This document shows positions 48,625 to 62,015 of a stretch of DNA of 64,000 nt, piece by piece. Position 1 is the stretch's first letter; every line of letters begins with the position of its first letter. The stretch lies in assembly GCA_964016885.1 (NCBI GenBank), contig OZ024741.1, positions 333,374,001 to 333,438,000 of the forward strand. Direction: 5' to 3'. A program made the position numbers and the translations under genes. The notes under the pieces were generated by a model. It worked only from the letters and a program-made list of their open reading frames with translations. It had not been told where the DNA came from and ran no database searches. This DNA is from Eledone cirrhosa (lineage: Eukaryota).

Positions 48625-49648
48625 GGTAAGTGTAAGGGGTTGGTGATGGAAGATATCTATACGAAAACTAGACAAAAGAAGATTTTGGAAGTAATATTTA
48701 ACACAGATTTGAGAATGCTGGATTTTACTCCAAAAATAATTAAAGAAACAAAACAGAATAAATGTTTCTTGTGAAAAACAGACAGAAATCCAATATGGTG
48801 GATATGTGTGATGTAGTTATTTATCTGGGGTGGTATTTTAATAGCAATGGAGTGAAACAGCAAAATTGTATGCATGAAGGTTTGTGAAGGTAGACAGCTT
48901 TGTGCTTAGGCTATTGGTCTCATGATGATCATTAGGTTGCAGGTTCATTCCTCAGGTAAGAAGGTATGTTGCATCTTTGGGTAAGACACTTCATTTTATA
49001 TTGCTCCAGTTTACCCTGCTGAAAATAGCTTCCAGTATTGGTAGCATTGGTGGGGAGAAGGGTTGGCATTTTATCCTGTCTTGTATTTTCAGTCCCTGTA
49101 TTTCTAATGAAACATTTTGATTAATTAAAGAAGAATTTGGAGGGATTTAGTGATATTAGTAGTAGGCAGAAGCCTGACCTAACCAAACCAGTGTCATGAC
49201 GGGGAGCCAGTTTAGTTTCTGACTATTCAACCCTGAAGCTGGTTGTACTGGGTTACATGGTACCAGTAGCAGGCAGAAGCTTGACTTGACCAGACCAGGG
49301 CCTGGTGGGGGAGCTAATTTAATTGCTGATCACTCACCACCATGAAGCAGATTGAAGCTTGACCTGACCAACCCCCTTCCATAAATAGCATTATATAGCT
49401 CTTATAAACATTTCTTCTTGCTAACATCACAACTGAAGAGTGTAGAAAAGAATTGATCTTTTCATTGTAACATACCTTGATCCACACATTAATGTTGATC
49501 TGCTGTTTGTGAAGAACAAGAGTTGATTTTTACAGATTTTTTGAGTAAAGGCCAGCATTCTCAAATCTGTGTGAAATATTATTTCCAAAATCTTCTTTTG
49601 TATAGCCTTAGTATAGATATATTCCATCACCAATCCCTTACACTTCAC
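48625..49648. repeat. ~100-bp inverted repeat pair (48625-48721 / 49551-49648), probably decayed RTE C-terminal remnants
   Basis: cacagatttgagaatgctgg / ccagcattctcaaatctgtg; reads RQKKILEVIFNTDLRML, like RTE RP.KTW.EVI..DLR. Confidence 0.55.
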
Positions 49649-50218
49649 TTTGTGAAGAACTAAAGTTGAAATACATGCAAAATTTCAAAATGTTTTTGGC
49701 AAAAAAAAAATTGGAATGATGGAAGGTCAATTTTTACATGAGGTTGACTCTTACATGGGTATATACATTACACATAAAAGCATATGAACATTATTCTCAG
49801 AATAGGCAAGAATTCAATGCTGAAGCTTATTGCCTTTAAATGGTAAAAATGCTAAAAGTGTTTCATAGAAGCATGCATATATAATGATCCAACTTCCTTT
49901 AAATATAAAAACTCTCCTACTTCGTGTGTGAGAGAACATTTCTCTGTAAATTATATGACTCAGAATTTATGCAAATGTGTGAATTTGAAGAACTGCTCAA
50001 CTCATGATTAAATGGAAAATTGCATGTAAAAGTGATAAAATGATATTTGCATGCCACTCTCACCGGTACACATACAAACATTAGTTAGATATATATGCAT
50101 GCACTCACACAACAGATATTTTATATAGACATGTCATAAAGTTTTTTGTTATATATATATATATAAAACAAAAAAAAAATTATGACATGTATATTAGTGT
50201 GCAGCTATGTGTGTGTAG

Positions 50219-50255
<37 letters not shown>

Positions 50256-50340
50256 TACATAGCACACATATGTTCCTATATGATATATGCAAAAAATAGA
50301 AAGAATCAATATATCAGAAATGTACCACTCTCTCTCTCTC

Positions 50341-50415
<75 letters not shown>

Positions 50416-50883
50416 ATATATATATGTATATATATATTTTTCTGGAAGTTTCCTTCACATGCCTATCTCTCTTAATTATGTCGTGAACGTCAAGTTCTGA
50501 AAGAGTGAATTCATAATAAGTCAAACCACATGCAAAGTGCACATCTCTTTTGCAATGAAAGGATTTCCAATAACTACTCAATGTTACCTTTCGTTATCTT
50601 CTCTTTTATCTTCCATCTTCATTATTGTATTTCTTGTTTACAATCTTACCCCCCAGTCCCCACTCCCCTAAAAAAAAAAGAAAGAAAAAACAGGAAGAGA
50701 CATAAGGGAAAGAATATTCATGCATACATACACACACACACATATATATATACATACAAGTATATATATATATAAGTATATATATATATATAAACACATA
50801 TATACAAGTATATATATTTATATATTTATATATACATATATACAAGTATATATATTTATATATGTATATATACATATATACAA

Positions 50884-50923
<40 letters not shown>

Positions 50924-51671
50924 TTGTATATATATATAAATATGTGTGTGTGTGTGTTATACCATCATTTGACTGCATATGTCTCCCTATTCTTTAAACT
51001 GATATGCATTTTTTCACAACAATTTTTCCTCTTCTCTGCTTTACATTTCTATACTTTGTTATATATTATTGTTGTGAATGTTCTTGTCATTGACAATGTG
51101 GTATAGCTATTGTGATTTTTGTTGTTGCTGTTGGTGCTGTTGGCATTATATATTATTTTTTGCTTGATATATATATATATCATCATCATCACCGTTTTAC
51201 ATCCATTCTTATATATGTATATATAAATATGTATATATATATATATATTATTTGTTTATATAATATTTATATCTAGTACATGTATATACATATATATATA
51301 TACATGTATATATACATATGTGTATATATATATATATATATATATTGTTTGCTTATTGTTGATTTCTTATTGACATCGTCAACGACGTTGTCATTATTAT
51401 TTTTTATCCTTAGTTTGTTTGTTTTTTGTCTTCCTTTTTCCTCCCTGCTACACTCTTTTGTCTCCTGCTGCGTTCTGCATCTGTATTTGTTCTTTTCTTT
51501 TTTTTCTTTTTTGCCTTGCTTATGCGCCCCTCCACCCCCACCCCACCATTCTCTTGCAACAACTTGTAATGTTTCTCTGCAGAAAAAGAGGAGAGGAGAG
51601 GAAAAATAAATAAATATATATTCATATACGTCCCCGCAAACACAATGCCACATCATCTTTTATTTATTTAT

Positions 51672-51725
<54 letters not shown>

Positions 51726-52239
51726 TTTTTTCTGATGTTTGATGTTTGATAAAGCAATTGACTATAGCACAATATTCATCAAACAAAACCTCTCTGTAAG
51801 CCACTGCCACCACCACTACCACCACCCCTCGGCTCCATCAGGATAATGAATTTTTTAGTAATAGTCAAGCAAAAGTTATTTACATCTTTTTCAAGTTGAT
51901 GCCTCAGTTAGTCATTCATTCAATCAGTCATATAGATCTGTGAGTGTAAGCCACACAGCCCCTTTCTTCGTTTTCTACTCAATATATTCCTCATGCAGAA
52001 ATGATCTTCCTTATCACGATGCTTCTCCACAAACAATATATACATACATATGCACACACACACCCACACACACATATATATATGTATATATATATACTGT
52101 ATATAATATATATATATATAAACCATAGCCATTCATTCAACTTATTGTTCGATGGAGCTATATATATATATATATATACTTGCCATATCTCAATCTCCAT
52201 CTTTACTATATATATACATATATACACACATATAAATAA

Positions 52240-52273
<34 letters not shown>

Positions 52274-52933
52274 TTGTATATACGTATGTATTGTATATCC
52301 CTCTCTTAATATACTTATTTAATATTTATGTTTCCCCCGTCAAGTGAATAATCAGTTTTTCTCCCTTTGTGTACTCATGATTATCTGAAACATTTAGTAA
52401 ATACATCTATTGTTATCAATATCAATATTATTATTATCATTATTATTATCAAATAGTTTACTGGTGTATAAAATCTTCCTTACCATCATCCCCCCTCCTC
52501 CTCTCTCAAACTCTCATTCCCACTTATATATTAGTACATGTTTAAATATTTAGCCGACTATATAATCAAATAAATTACTTACTTATTCTTCTCATCTAAG
52601 TTACTTTCTCAATGTTCAGTTTGGACATATTGCTTGCTCCACATTGTGATTCTTTATGAATTGGCAGTGAATTGGTAAAGTCATCAGAGCATTAGACGAA
52701 ATTTCTTGCAGTATTCATTCAACCTCTCTGCACTGAGTTCAAATCTCACAGAGGTCAACTTTACCTTTCATTCGTTCAAGATCGATAAAAAAGCACCAGT
52801 CCAGTACTCGAATCTATTCTTCCTCTATATCTCTTACTCATTTCCTCTCTTCCTATAAATATATATTTATATATAGGAAAATGTATGACCCCGACGGCAG
52901 AGCTCAAGCCGTTTCAACGGCTATTTATATATA

Positions 52934-53388
52934 TCATCATCATCATCATCATCATCATCACCGTTTTACGTCCGTTCTTCCACACTAGCATGGGTTAGAT
53001 GGGTTGTCCTGTTGTGGGCAGTGTCAGGTCGGCTGACCTTGTCTTGCGCATACAGGAACTGATTCTGGCTTGATTTCTACAGCTGGATGCCCTTCCTAAC
53101 ACCAACCTCATTTACAGTGAGTGCTGGGTGCTTCTTTTTTTTCCATGGTGCCTACACGTCCACTTTACAGTGTGGGCTGGGTTCTTTTTTGCCATGGCAC
53201 CTCCACAACCACTTTGCAGTGGAATGATAGGGACCTCAGTCCTATCATCTCATTTCTACAGCTGAGTAAACTGGAACAATGTAAAATAAAGTGTCTTGCT
53301 CAAGGAAACAATACATCACCCAGCCCGAGAATTGAACTCACAACCTTTCGATTCCAAGCCCAATGCTCTACTCACTAAGCCATGTGCC
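52934..53388 (-). mobile_element. CORE-type SINE with long RTE 3' tail
   Basis: Head, CORE and body as at 8219-8553; tail matches the 19420/44483 RTE 3' UTR. Confidence 0.8.
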
Positions 53389-53771
53389 TATGTATATATT
53401 TCTGTCCATCTTTTTGGAAGAAATTCACTGTGTTCAGTAAGACCTGGAGAAGAAATGGGCTCTGCTATGGTTTTAAGGGCCTAAAACAAGCTGTATGTCA
53501 CTATGGCGCCCCTTCAACTCTGCCAGAAGTTATAGATCCATCCATACATATATACATATTCTTCATATGTTTGGCAAAATCCTTATAGACAAAATATTTT
53601 GCAGCATTTGTTCTGGCTCTCTGTACCCTGATTTCAAATCCTGCCAAGGTCAACTTTGCCTTTCATTCTTCTGGGTGTTGATAATATATAAGATCAAATT
53701 ATAGATAATGGAGTGAATGGGGTAGATCAAGTTTGCATTTATAGAGTTTCAGGTATGTTATCTTCACTATG

Positions 53772-53952
53772 TTGGCAGTATCAGTAGAGGGTCGGATGCC
53801 ATGCTTTACAGCACAGTTACGTCCCTTTACGGACTGAGTTCAAATCCCGCCGAGGTTAACTTTGCCTTTCATCCTTACGGGGTCAATAAAATAAAGTACC
53901 AGTAATACACTGGAATAATTGCTGGCCTTGTGCCAAAAGTAGAAACAATTAT
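53772..53952 (+). mobile_element. Meta-core SINE
   Basis: ttggcagtatcagtagag head, gagttcaaatccc, core and tail; decayed copies nearby at 52660-52812 and 53570-53700. Confidence 0.82.
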
Positions 53953-54276
53953 TTTCTAAGGTTTCTCAAGAATTTTTCTGGGTCTATCTCCATATTTCAT
54001 AGGATGGTGTAATCTTATATAACACTTCAGGTATGTTAGATTAACAATAATTACTTCTATCCCCAGTTAGTTCAATATTTCAATATCTTTATTAAAAATG
54101 AAAATTAGTTGTTTAGTTTACATATTGAGACCCCAGACCAACCTATTTATTTCATAACATATAGGATTTCATGTAATGTTCTTTTGTTGTAAAGTATGCT
54201 TTTTAATGTATAAAGAAAATTAATAGTCACAGTAATGCTACCACTTAAAGTAAAATTTTTGTAAAGATAGATTAGG

Positions 54277-57002
54277 ACACACAGCTTTGCGATATCCTCA
54301 GAGTTGCTGCCAAGAAAACAGCCACTTATGTGTTTATTGCAGGTGACTTCAATCATCCTGAGATCGATTGGGAAACCTTTCGTTGGCCACAAGGTGCAAA
54401 CGATTTCCTTGAACTAGTGCTGGACTCAAACTGGTCACAAGTAGTCACCTCTCCAACAAGAGGTGACAACACTTTGGACCTGATCTTCACCACTACTCCT
54501 GAAGTGGTTATCAGTTGTACTACTGAGGAACCTCTAGGCGACTCTGATCATGCTATGATCATTGCCAATCTGGCACTTGAGGGCAGCAACAAAAACCAGA
54601 GCCATCTCCAATCTGCTTGCTTTGATTGGAAGAGGGCGGATTGGAACTTGTACTGCACTGAGCTACAGCGCCCAAACTGGCATGAGATGTATAACTCTGG
54701 AGATGTGAATTCTATACTCCAGAGCATCCTGGACTCAATATGGATAGCGTGTGCAGCATCAGTGCCACGGAAGCGGAAAAATAAACACCCCAAAAGTGCA
54801 ATCTGGGAAACTTCAGCGGTCCGACTTGCCAGGAAAGAACGTCGGAACGCTGAACGGGAATATAAACTGCATAGATCAGATGCCAACAGAAAAAAGCGGA
54901 ATAAATCTTCTAACCATCTCAAGCAAGTGACAAAGAAGGCAGTGCTTGAATTTGAACAGTGCATCGCAACCAATCCTGACAGTAAGGTATTCTGGAAATA
55001 TGTTCATTCAAAGCAGAGACCTCACTCTCCAGTTGGTCCTCTTCGCAATCTCCACACAAGCCAGATCACTGACGATCCCAAGGAATGCGCAGAACTCATT
55101 GCTGAGTGCTATGCAAGTATTTTTACTGTTGAAAACCAGAATGTACCATCTCCACCATCTTTAACATCAAATTCCATAACAACTATGGAATTTACACCTG
55201 CAATGTTGCGACGTCACCTTAAGAATAAGCGCAACTATGCCTCCCCTGGTCTTGATGGTGTGACATACCTGCTTCTCAAACGTGGCGGGTATTTCCTTTT
55301 GCGCCAGCTTTCTTTCTTCTTTCAATACTGTCTCAACAATGGTGCTACTCCGGAGCAGTGGAAAACTGCCAGTGTCATTTCCCTGTTCAAAAAGGGCAAC
55401 CGCATGTCACCTGTCAACTATCGTCCAGTCAGTCTTACTAGCTGTATGGCCAAACTGATGGAATCCTGTGTCAGAGAAACACTTTGGAACTTCTGGAGCT
55501 CTCACAGCCTCATCCGGCCCTCACAGTTTGGATTTATCCCTAACTCCAGCTGCTGTGATCAGCTTATCGAGTTCCTTGAGGACATCACCCGGATCACTGA
55601 CAGCGGCTCATGGGTGGATGTTGTTTACCTTGACTTTGCTAAGGCTTTTAATTCTGTGCCACACAAAAGACTTATGGCAAAACTCTCTGCAATGGGTGTG
55701 AGGGATGATCTTTTCGACTGGTTGAAATCCTTCATTCTCAGCCGAAAAGAAGTAGTCACGGTTCTAGGACAGCATTCTTCACCATATGAGATGTCATCTG
55801 GTGTACCACAGGGATCTGTTCTTGGTCCTCTTTTGTTTGTGGCATATATTAATGACATAGATGCCAACTTACAGAATGCCACGGTACTAAAATATGCAGA
55901 TGACATCAAGCTGTACCTTGAAATCAAAAGGACTGATCCTGAAATTTACAACTCTTTCCTACAATCAGACCTGGACACAATGCAGCAATGGATCACAGAC
56001 TGGCAACTGAAGCTGGCTGTGGACAAGTGTACCACCATGCATTTTGGAAGGAAAAATCCAGTGTCCACATACTCCCTCCACAACACTGATATCAAAAAGT
56101 CCTCTTGTGAACGTGACCTGTGCATTACTGTCAGCAGCGGTTTGCGTTGGACGAGGCACGTCTCTAAAATTGTCAAGAGGGCCGAGGGTGTCTTAGCATC
56201 ACTCAGCAAGACCTTTGTCAGCCGCTCTCCAGCCATCTATTTAAAACTATATACAGCTATGGTACGACCACACTTGGAATTCGCATCATCAGTCTGGAAC
56301 CCCTATCTTGCTCAGAACATTGACCTCCTGGAAACTGTTCAGAGACGTGCAACCAAGCACATACCCTCCATCAGACACCTACCATACTCTGAACGCCTTG
56401 CTTCCCTGGGCATGGATTCAGTGAAGCTCCGACGTCTGGCAATGGACTTGGTGAATACCCACAAAGTTTTTAACCATCTCGCCAATTGCAACCCTGAGCG
56501 CCTCTTTGATCTCCATGTGTCTAACACACATGGACATGCCTACAAGATCAGAAAACAGCACAGCTCCCATGACTTTCGTAGACATTTTTTCACGCTCAGA
56601 GTTGCTGAAGCATGGAACAAACTGCCTGCGTCAATTGTTAGCCGAGACACTGCATCCTTTAAGACACTCATGCTTCCCGAAATACGCCAAAACTACACTT
56701 GATGTACCCCTTCTATACACATGCACACATGTGTGTATCATGACTCGTGCACTGTTCATTTTACTCATGTTTGTGCATTGCCCTATGTACTGTACATGCA
56801 CTTTTTTGATGAGTTGTGGTGCACCTGGGCACTGTACACAATATTTCATTATTGTTATTATTATTATATCATGACTCATACACTGTTCATTTTCCTGACA
56901 TTTGTACATTATTCTATGTACTATACATGCACCTTTGATGAGTTGTAGTGCACCTGAGCACTGTACACAATAATTTCATTATTATTATTATTATTATTAT
57001 TA
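54277..57002 (+). mobile_element. 5'-truncated CR1-group LINE
   Basis: ORF2 from mid-endonuclease to stop, duplicated 3' UTR and (TTA)n tail. Confidence 0.9.
54330..56702 (+). CDS. CR1-type ORF2 (partial APE endonuclease and reverse transcriptase), N-terminally truncated
   Basis: GDFN, PTRGDNTLDLIF, SDH; YRPVSLTS, QFGF, YLDFAKAF, GVPQGSVLGP, YADD; CR1-like C-terminus LYTAMVRPHLEF..WNPY, QRRATK, FFTLRVAEAWNKLP; no true ATG start. Confidence 0.88.
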   Translation: MFIAGDFNHPEIDWETFRWPQGANDFLELVLDSNWSQVVTSPTRGDNTLDLIFTTTPEVVISCTTEEPLGDSDHAMIIANLALEGSNKNQSHLQSACFDWKRADWNLYCTELQRPNWHEMYNSGDVNSILQSILDSIWIACAASVPRKRKNKHPKSAIWETSAVRLARKERRNAEREYKLHRSDANRKKRNKSSNHLKQVTKKAVLEFEQCIATNPDSKVFWKYVHSKQRPHSPVGPLRNLHTSQITDDPKECAELIAECYASIFTVENQNVPSPPSLTSNSITTMEFTPAMLRRHLKNKRNYASPGLDGVTYLLLKRGGYFLLRQLSFFFQYCLNNGATPEQWKTASVISLFKKGNRMSPVNYRPVSLTSCMAKLMESCVRETLWNFWSSHSLIRPSQFGFIPNSSCCDQLIEFLEDITRITDSGSWVDVVYLDFAKAFNSVPHKRLMAKLSAMGVRDDLFDWLKSFILSRKEVVTVLGQHSSPYEMSSGVPQGSVLGPLLFVAYINDIDANLQNATVLKYADDIKLYLEIKRTDPEIYNSFLQSDLDTMQQWITDWQLKLAVDKCTTMHFGRKNPVSTYSLHNTDIKKSSCERDLCITVSSGLRWTRHVSKIVKRAEGVLASLSKTFVSRSPAIYLKLYTAMVRPHLEFASSVWNPYLAQNIDLLETVQRRATKHIPSIRHLPYSERLASLGMDSVKLRRLAMDLVNTHKVFNHLANCNPERLFDLHVSNTHGHAYKIRKQHSSHDFRRHFFTLRVAEAWNKLPASIVSRDTASFKTLMLPEIRQNYT

Positions 57003-57420
57003 GCAAAATCTGAAAAATTAGTAAGTGTCTGTGTGTGTGGCAGGGGAATTATTTGAGGCCTAAGAGTAGGTGTTACAGTATTTATTTATAAAATAAAATG
57101 CTAGGCCTAGTGTGATGCATTGACAAAATTGTGAGAGCACTAGAAAAAATACTTTGCAGCATTTATTCTCATTCTTTGTGTTCTGCGTTCAATTCCTGCT
57201 GAATCATAGTTGACTCGTAAACTTAATTTATGGTCTAGTTTAACACCATGCATAGGGATTGAACCCAGTACCTTATGAATACAAAGTGAACCTCTTAACC
57301 AGACGGCTATGCTGTGTCCACAGAAATCAATACAAATAGAGAGTTGTTTACCATTTAGTTTCATTTTCTTTGCTGCTATTAATTCTACATTGCCAAAATT
57401 CTGCTTTTACTCTTATAAAG

Positions 57421-57452
<32 letters not shown>

Positions 57453-57492
57453 GTATGTGTGTGTTTGTGTATTTAAACATATTTTATACACA

Positions 57493-57537
<45 letters not shown>

Positions 57538-57579
57538 GTATGTGTGTGTTTGTGTATTTAAACATATTTTATACACACT

Positions 57580-57630
<51 letters not shown>

Positions 57631-58587
57631 TTTTCATTTATATATATAAAATAGATAGATAGATATAATAGATAGATAGATAAACACACATATTAAGCTA
57701 GAAAAACAAGAATAACAGAAAGGATTGCTCTTTCCTGTGTTTTTACCTTTGCTGTCTCCTTCTCTTTCAATTTACTAAGACTGTGTGAGATAAAAATCCT
57801 TCTGTTGAGAACCACAATACAATGTCGGCTTATTTTTTGTAGACTTATATAAAAGATCATAATAAATAAATATGATGATAATAAATATAAAGATGATAAA
57901 AAAATATATATGATGATAATAAATAAATATAAAGATGATAATAAATATAAGAAAAAGTAAATAGAAACCATTTTATGAAAAAAAATCAAAGCAAAAAGCA
58001 TAAAAAAATACTTCATTGTAGTCTATCATTAAAATAGTTGTGTGTATATATGTATGTGTTTGTATGTGTATATGTTTCATGTTTGTATATAACGTATGTG
58101 TGAGTTTGTGTAATTGTGTGTATATGTGTGTGTGTAAAAGCAAAAGGAAATACGTTCCTGTAAGCGATTATCAGAAATAATTAATAATATATATAAATAT
58201 GTGTGTGTGTGAGTGTTCATCTATGTGTATGTATTTATATATACATATACTGTATGATTTATTGCATATAAATTTAAATATATATATATTTATATACACA
58301 GACACACACATGTATATATACACACACACACATATATATATATACACACATACACAGACACATACATGTATATATATATATAACTGTGTGTATGTTTATG
58401 TGATTTATTATATTAGTGAAGAGAATGTCAGTGAAATGTGAGAAATGTATTCTCCAGAGGTGTATATAAATGGCTTATCACAGGGACTATTGATAGAGAT
58501 TTCAACCTCAGAAACATTGCTAAATTAATACAAAAATACTTCATTTGATAATTCTTTCTTTCTTAGTTTTTTGTTCTGCTTATACAC

Positions 58588-58687
<100 letters not shown>

Positions 58688-58726
58688 TGTGTGATGTGTG
58701 TGAGTGTTATATATATATATATATAT

Positions 58727-58764
<38 letters not shown>

Positions 58765-59556
58765 TGATAGATAGATAGATAGATATATTTGTTTCAAGCC
58801 AAACAATTCTTTCTCACTTATCATAAGGACAGAGATAAATCTGTTGAGAATGAATGGGAAGGAAGTAAAAACAATATCAAGGTAATATACAAAGTATATA
58901 TATATATATAAAAGACAGAAGACCCCAAAAATTGAATCAGATGGAAAGCCAAAAATGTTAGAAATAGATTGACAGATAGATAGACAGATTTTTGAGAGAA
59001 AGAGAGAGTATATGTGAAGAAAATAAAGAGCTGTAGTTTATTTAGAGTTGGGGATGATGGAATTTCTAATAATAATTACTGGAATAAAGTGGTGTTTAGT
59101 GTTTAGTGAGGCAATAGATCGGTAACTGGAAAATTTCCAAGTCTCTGTGAAAAGTGCACCAATTGTATGTCTTGGCTTGGCAGAAAAGCACGGTTTGTAT
59201 TATACACAGCAGTATACAAGAATGTGATTTTTATTTGAATTGCTATGCAGCAAAGATCCAAGACGATGCATGTTAAAAAGACAATGGCTACACAATCTAA
59301 AGCAGGAAATGTTTCCTTCATTGATCAACATTTTGTTTATTATTTTTGATTATTTAAAAAACTTTTATTTGTATTTGTAGTTGTATGATTTTGCTTGTTT
59401 ATTTTTACTTTTATTTCTGCTATTACTATTGTTTATTATTATTATTATTATTAGAAATGATTATTATTATTGCTGATACTACTACTACTACTTCTAGGAC
59501 TACTGATACTATAACTATTGTATCACCATCATTATTATTATCATCATCACCACCTT

Positions 59557-59621
<65 letters not shown>

Positions 59622-60339
59622 ATGGTGTTGTTATTACTTTAATCTGAAGATAACATAAAAAAAAGAAAATCAGAAAAATTAAATCAACGAAATCCACGTG
59701 TCTTTGAGTGGGAATCATTTTTAAAACCTGACTCTTTTTTTACCACTGTAAAAATCTGATCACAATAGAGAAATACTTGCATGTTACTATTACTGTTTAA
59801 CTAGAGATGGTGTTGTAACTGTGTTGAGCTACTGAAGTCAACACAACCTTCAGAATCTTATACATAATCCATCCATGCATGCTTCCAAGTGGAAGGGTAA
59901 CAATATATCAGCATTATCATTGTTATCATTTTAGCAAGAGTTCTAGCAAGAGTTTGACAGGTCTACATAGACTAATCAGTACTGAAGCATGGCTACTTTG
60001 CATCTTGCTTACATATGGCCTCACAGTAAACAGAGTATACAGGAGAGGTTATCATGTTTTTGATACAACAGGGTGGTGAATTTTCAGAATCATTAGCTAG
60101 TCAGATGTAAAGCCTCGTGGTATTTGTTAGCAATTGCAGTCAAATCTCTGACAAATCACACTTTACTCTCTTAAATAACAAAAGATTATATTAGATGAGA
60201 GTCTGTCTCTGGTAGTCTCAAGGGTACATCACAAAATTATGTCAAATCTGATAAACTTTTTATAAATATTTAACTATGGAGAATATTTTTCAGATGTCAC
60301 AAATCTGTGTACAATTAGACATATGATTGTGGTGGTGGT

Positions 60340-60780
60340 AGTAATGGTTTTGACAGTAGGGGTGGTAGTAGTGGTCTGGCAGTGGGTATGGTAGTAGTGG
60401 TCCAGCAGTGGGGGTGGTAGTAGTGGTCCAGCAGTGGGGGTGGTAGTAGTGGTCCAGCAGTGGGGGTGGTAGTAGTGGTCCAGCAGTGGGGGGGTGGTAA
60501 CATTCGATTTGGCAGCAGGGGTGGTAGTAGTGGTTTTGGTGGTGGGGGTAGTAGTAGTGGTTTTGGCAGTGGAGGTGGTGGTAGTGGTCCGGCAGTGGTG
60601 GTGGTAGTAGTGGTTTTGGGGATGGTAATAGTAGTGGTGGTAATAGTGGTGGTGGGGGTGGTAATAGTGGTTGTGGAAGGGGGAGTGGTGGTAGTGGGTG
60701 TGGCAGTAGTAGTGGGGTGGTAGAAGTGGTCCAGCAGTGGGGGTAGTAGTATTGGTTTTGGCAGTAGGGGTGGTGGTGAC
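60340..60780. repeat. G-rich 26-bp minisatellite decaying into (GGT/AGT)n
   Basis: gtggtagtagtggtccagcagtgggg with tccagc at 60401, 60427, 60453, 60479. Confidence 0.85.
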
Positions 60781-61318
60781 CATGGTGGTGGTGGTGGGAT
60801 GCTATCATCATAGTTGTTGTTGTAATCATGGTTATGGCTATGGTGAATGTTTAGAATGAGGATGATGATGACGTGTGATGATTGTAATGATGATGATGAT
60901 GATGATTGTTACAATGATGATGATGGTGATATTGATGCTACTGTTGATGAAGAAGGTGATTGTGACAATGGCAATGATGATGATGACAATGATGATAACA
61001 TTGATGCTGATTATGTGTAGGAGGAGGAGGTAGAAAAGGAGGAAGAGAAGGTGGATGAGGGAGAGAGATTAAGTATTTTGACAATGATAAATCATGAAAA
61101 TTCAATCAACCATACAACTGACACTTGCGCCATTCCATTCTGCTATGATATCATCATCACCATCACTACCATCATCATCATCATCATCATCATCATCACT
61201 ATCACCACCATCACAATCAACATCATCATCACCACCACCATCACTATCAACACCATCACAATCTTTATCATCATCATCATCATCATCATCTTTATCACCA
61301 TCACCATTATTACAATCT

Positions 61319-61711
61319 GAAGTGTTTACTGTTAGAGAGGGCAATGAATTTAATTTCAAAGATGGTTTCATCTTTAAAATTAAAAATGACTTCTCATGCA
61401 ACTCAAAGACTCTAATATACATTATAACGTGTAAAGGCTGCCACGAACATTATATTAGACAAATAGGCACTTCACTCCGGAGAGGAATGACAGTTCATTG
61501 TCAACAAATCAGGGACCTGCAGACCAGAAACATCCCACTAAGCCAACATATAAAGGAATGTAGTAGGCGAATTCTGTCAAATTTTGATGTCTTCCCATTC
61601 TACCAGTGTAGTGAACATTTCACCCAGGAAAGATTTTTCATAAGTAAATTCAAGCTAAATCTCAATTTTTTACACACAAACAATTTTTTTATAAAAAAAA
61701 TATTTCTGTAA
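61319..61711 (+). pseudogene. Penelope-like element GIY-YIG endonuclease fragment
   Basis: FSCNSKTLIYIITCKGCHEHYIRQIGTSLRRGMTVH..QIR..PLSQH..ERFFISKFKLNLN matches the PLE pattern F.C.S.N.IY.I.C..C...YIG.T...L..R...H ... E..FI....LN, with YIG and the catalytic Arg mutated. Confidence 0.85.
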
Positions 61712-61769
61712 TTACTAAATTTAGAATCTCTACAGACATACAATGAATGACACTAACAGCTGTAAATGT

Positions 61770-62015
61770 GTATAGCCTAGTGGTGAGGGTGCTGGTCTCA
61801 CAGTTGTATGGTTGTGGGTTTCAATAACACTATAGCTGTTACTAAGTATTGCCTAGTGGTTAGCATGTTGTTCTCATATTTGTAAGGTTGTGGGTTTAAT
61901 TCTTGGACCAGATGTGTCCCTGCGATGTGTCCTAATGATGTGTCTTTGTGATATGTCCTGTGATGTATCCTTGAGTCAGTCACTTCAGTTCATATTGCTT
62001 CAATTCACTCAGTTG
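61770..62015 (+). mobile_element. Degenerate CORE-type SINE with duplicated tRNA head
   Basis: gcctagtggt...ggttgtgggttt twice, then tccttgagtcagtcacttcagttcatattgcttcaattcactcag. Confidence 0.55.

Noticed and set aside
60274-60829. Pro/His/Thr-rich extensin- or mucin-like ORFs
   Set aside because: Derived from the 26-bp G-rich minisatellite; period is not a multiple of three, so frames shift between units
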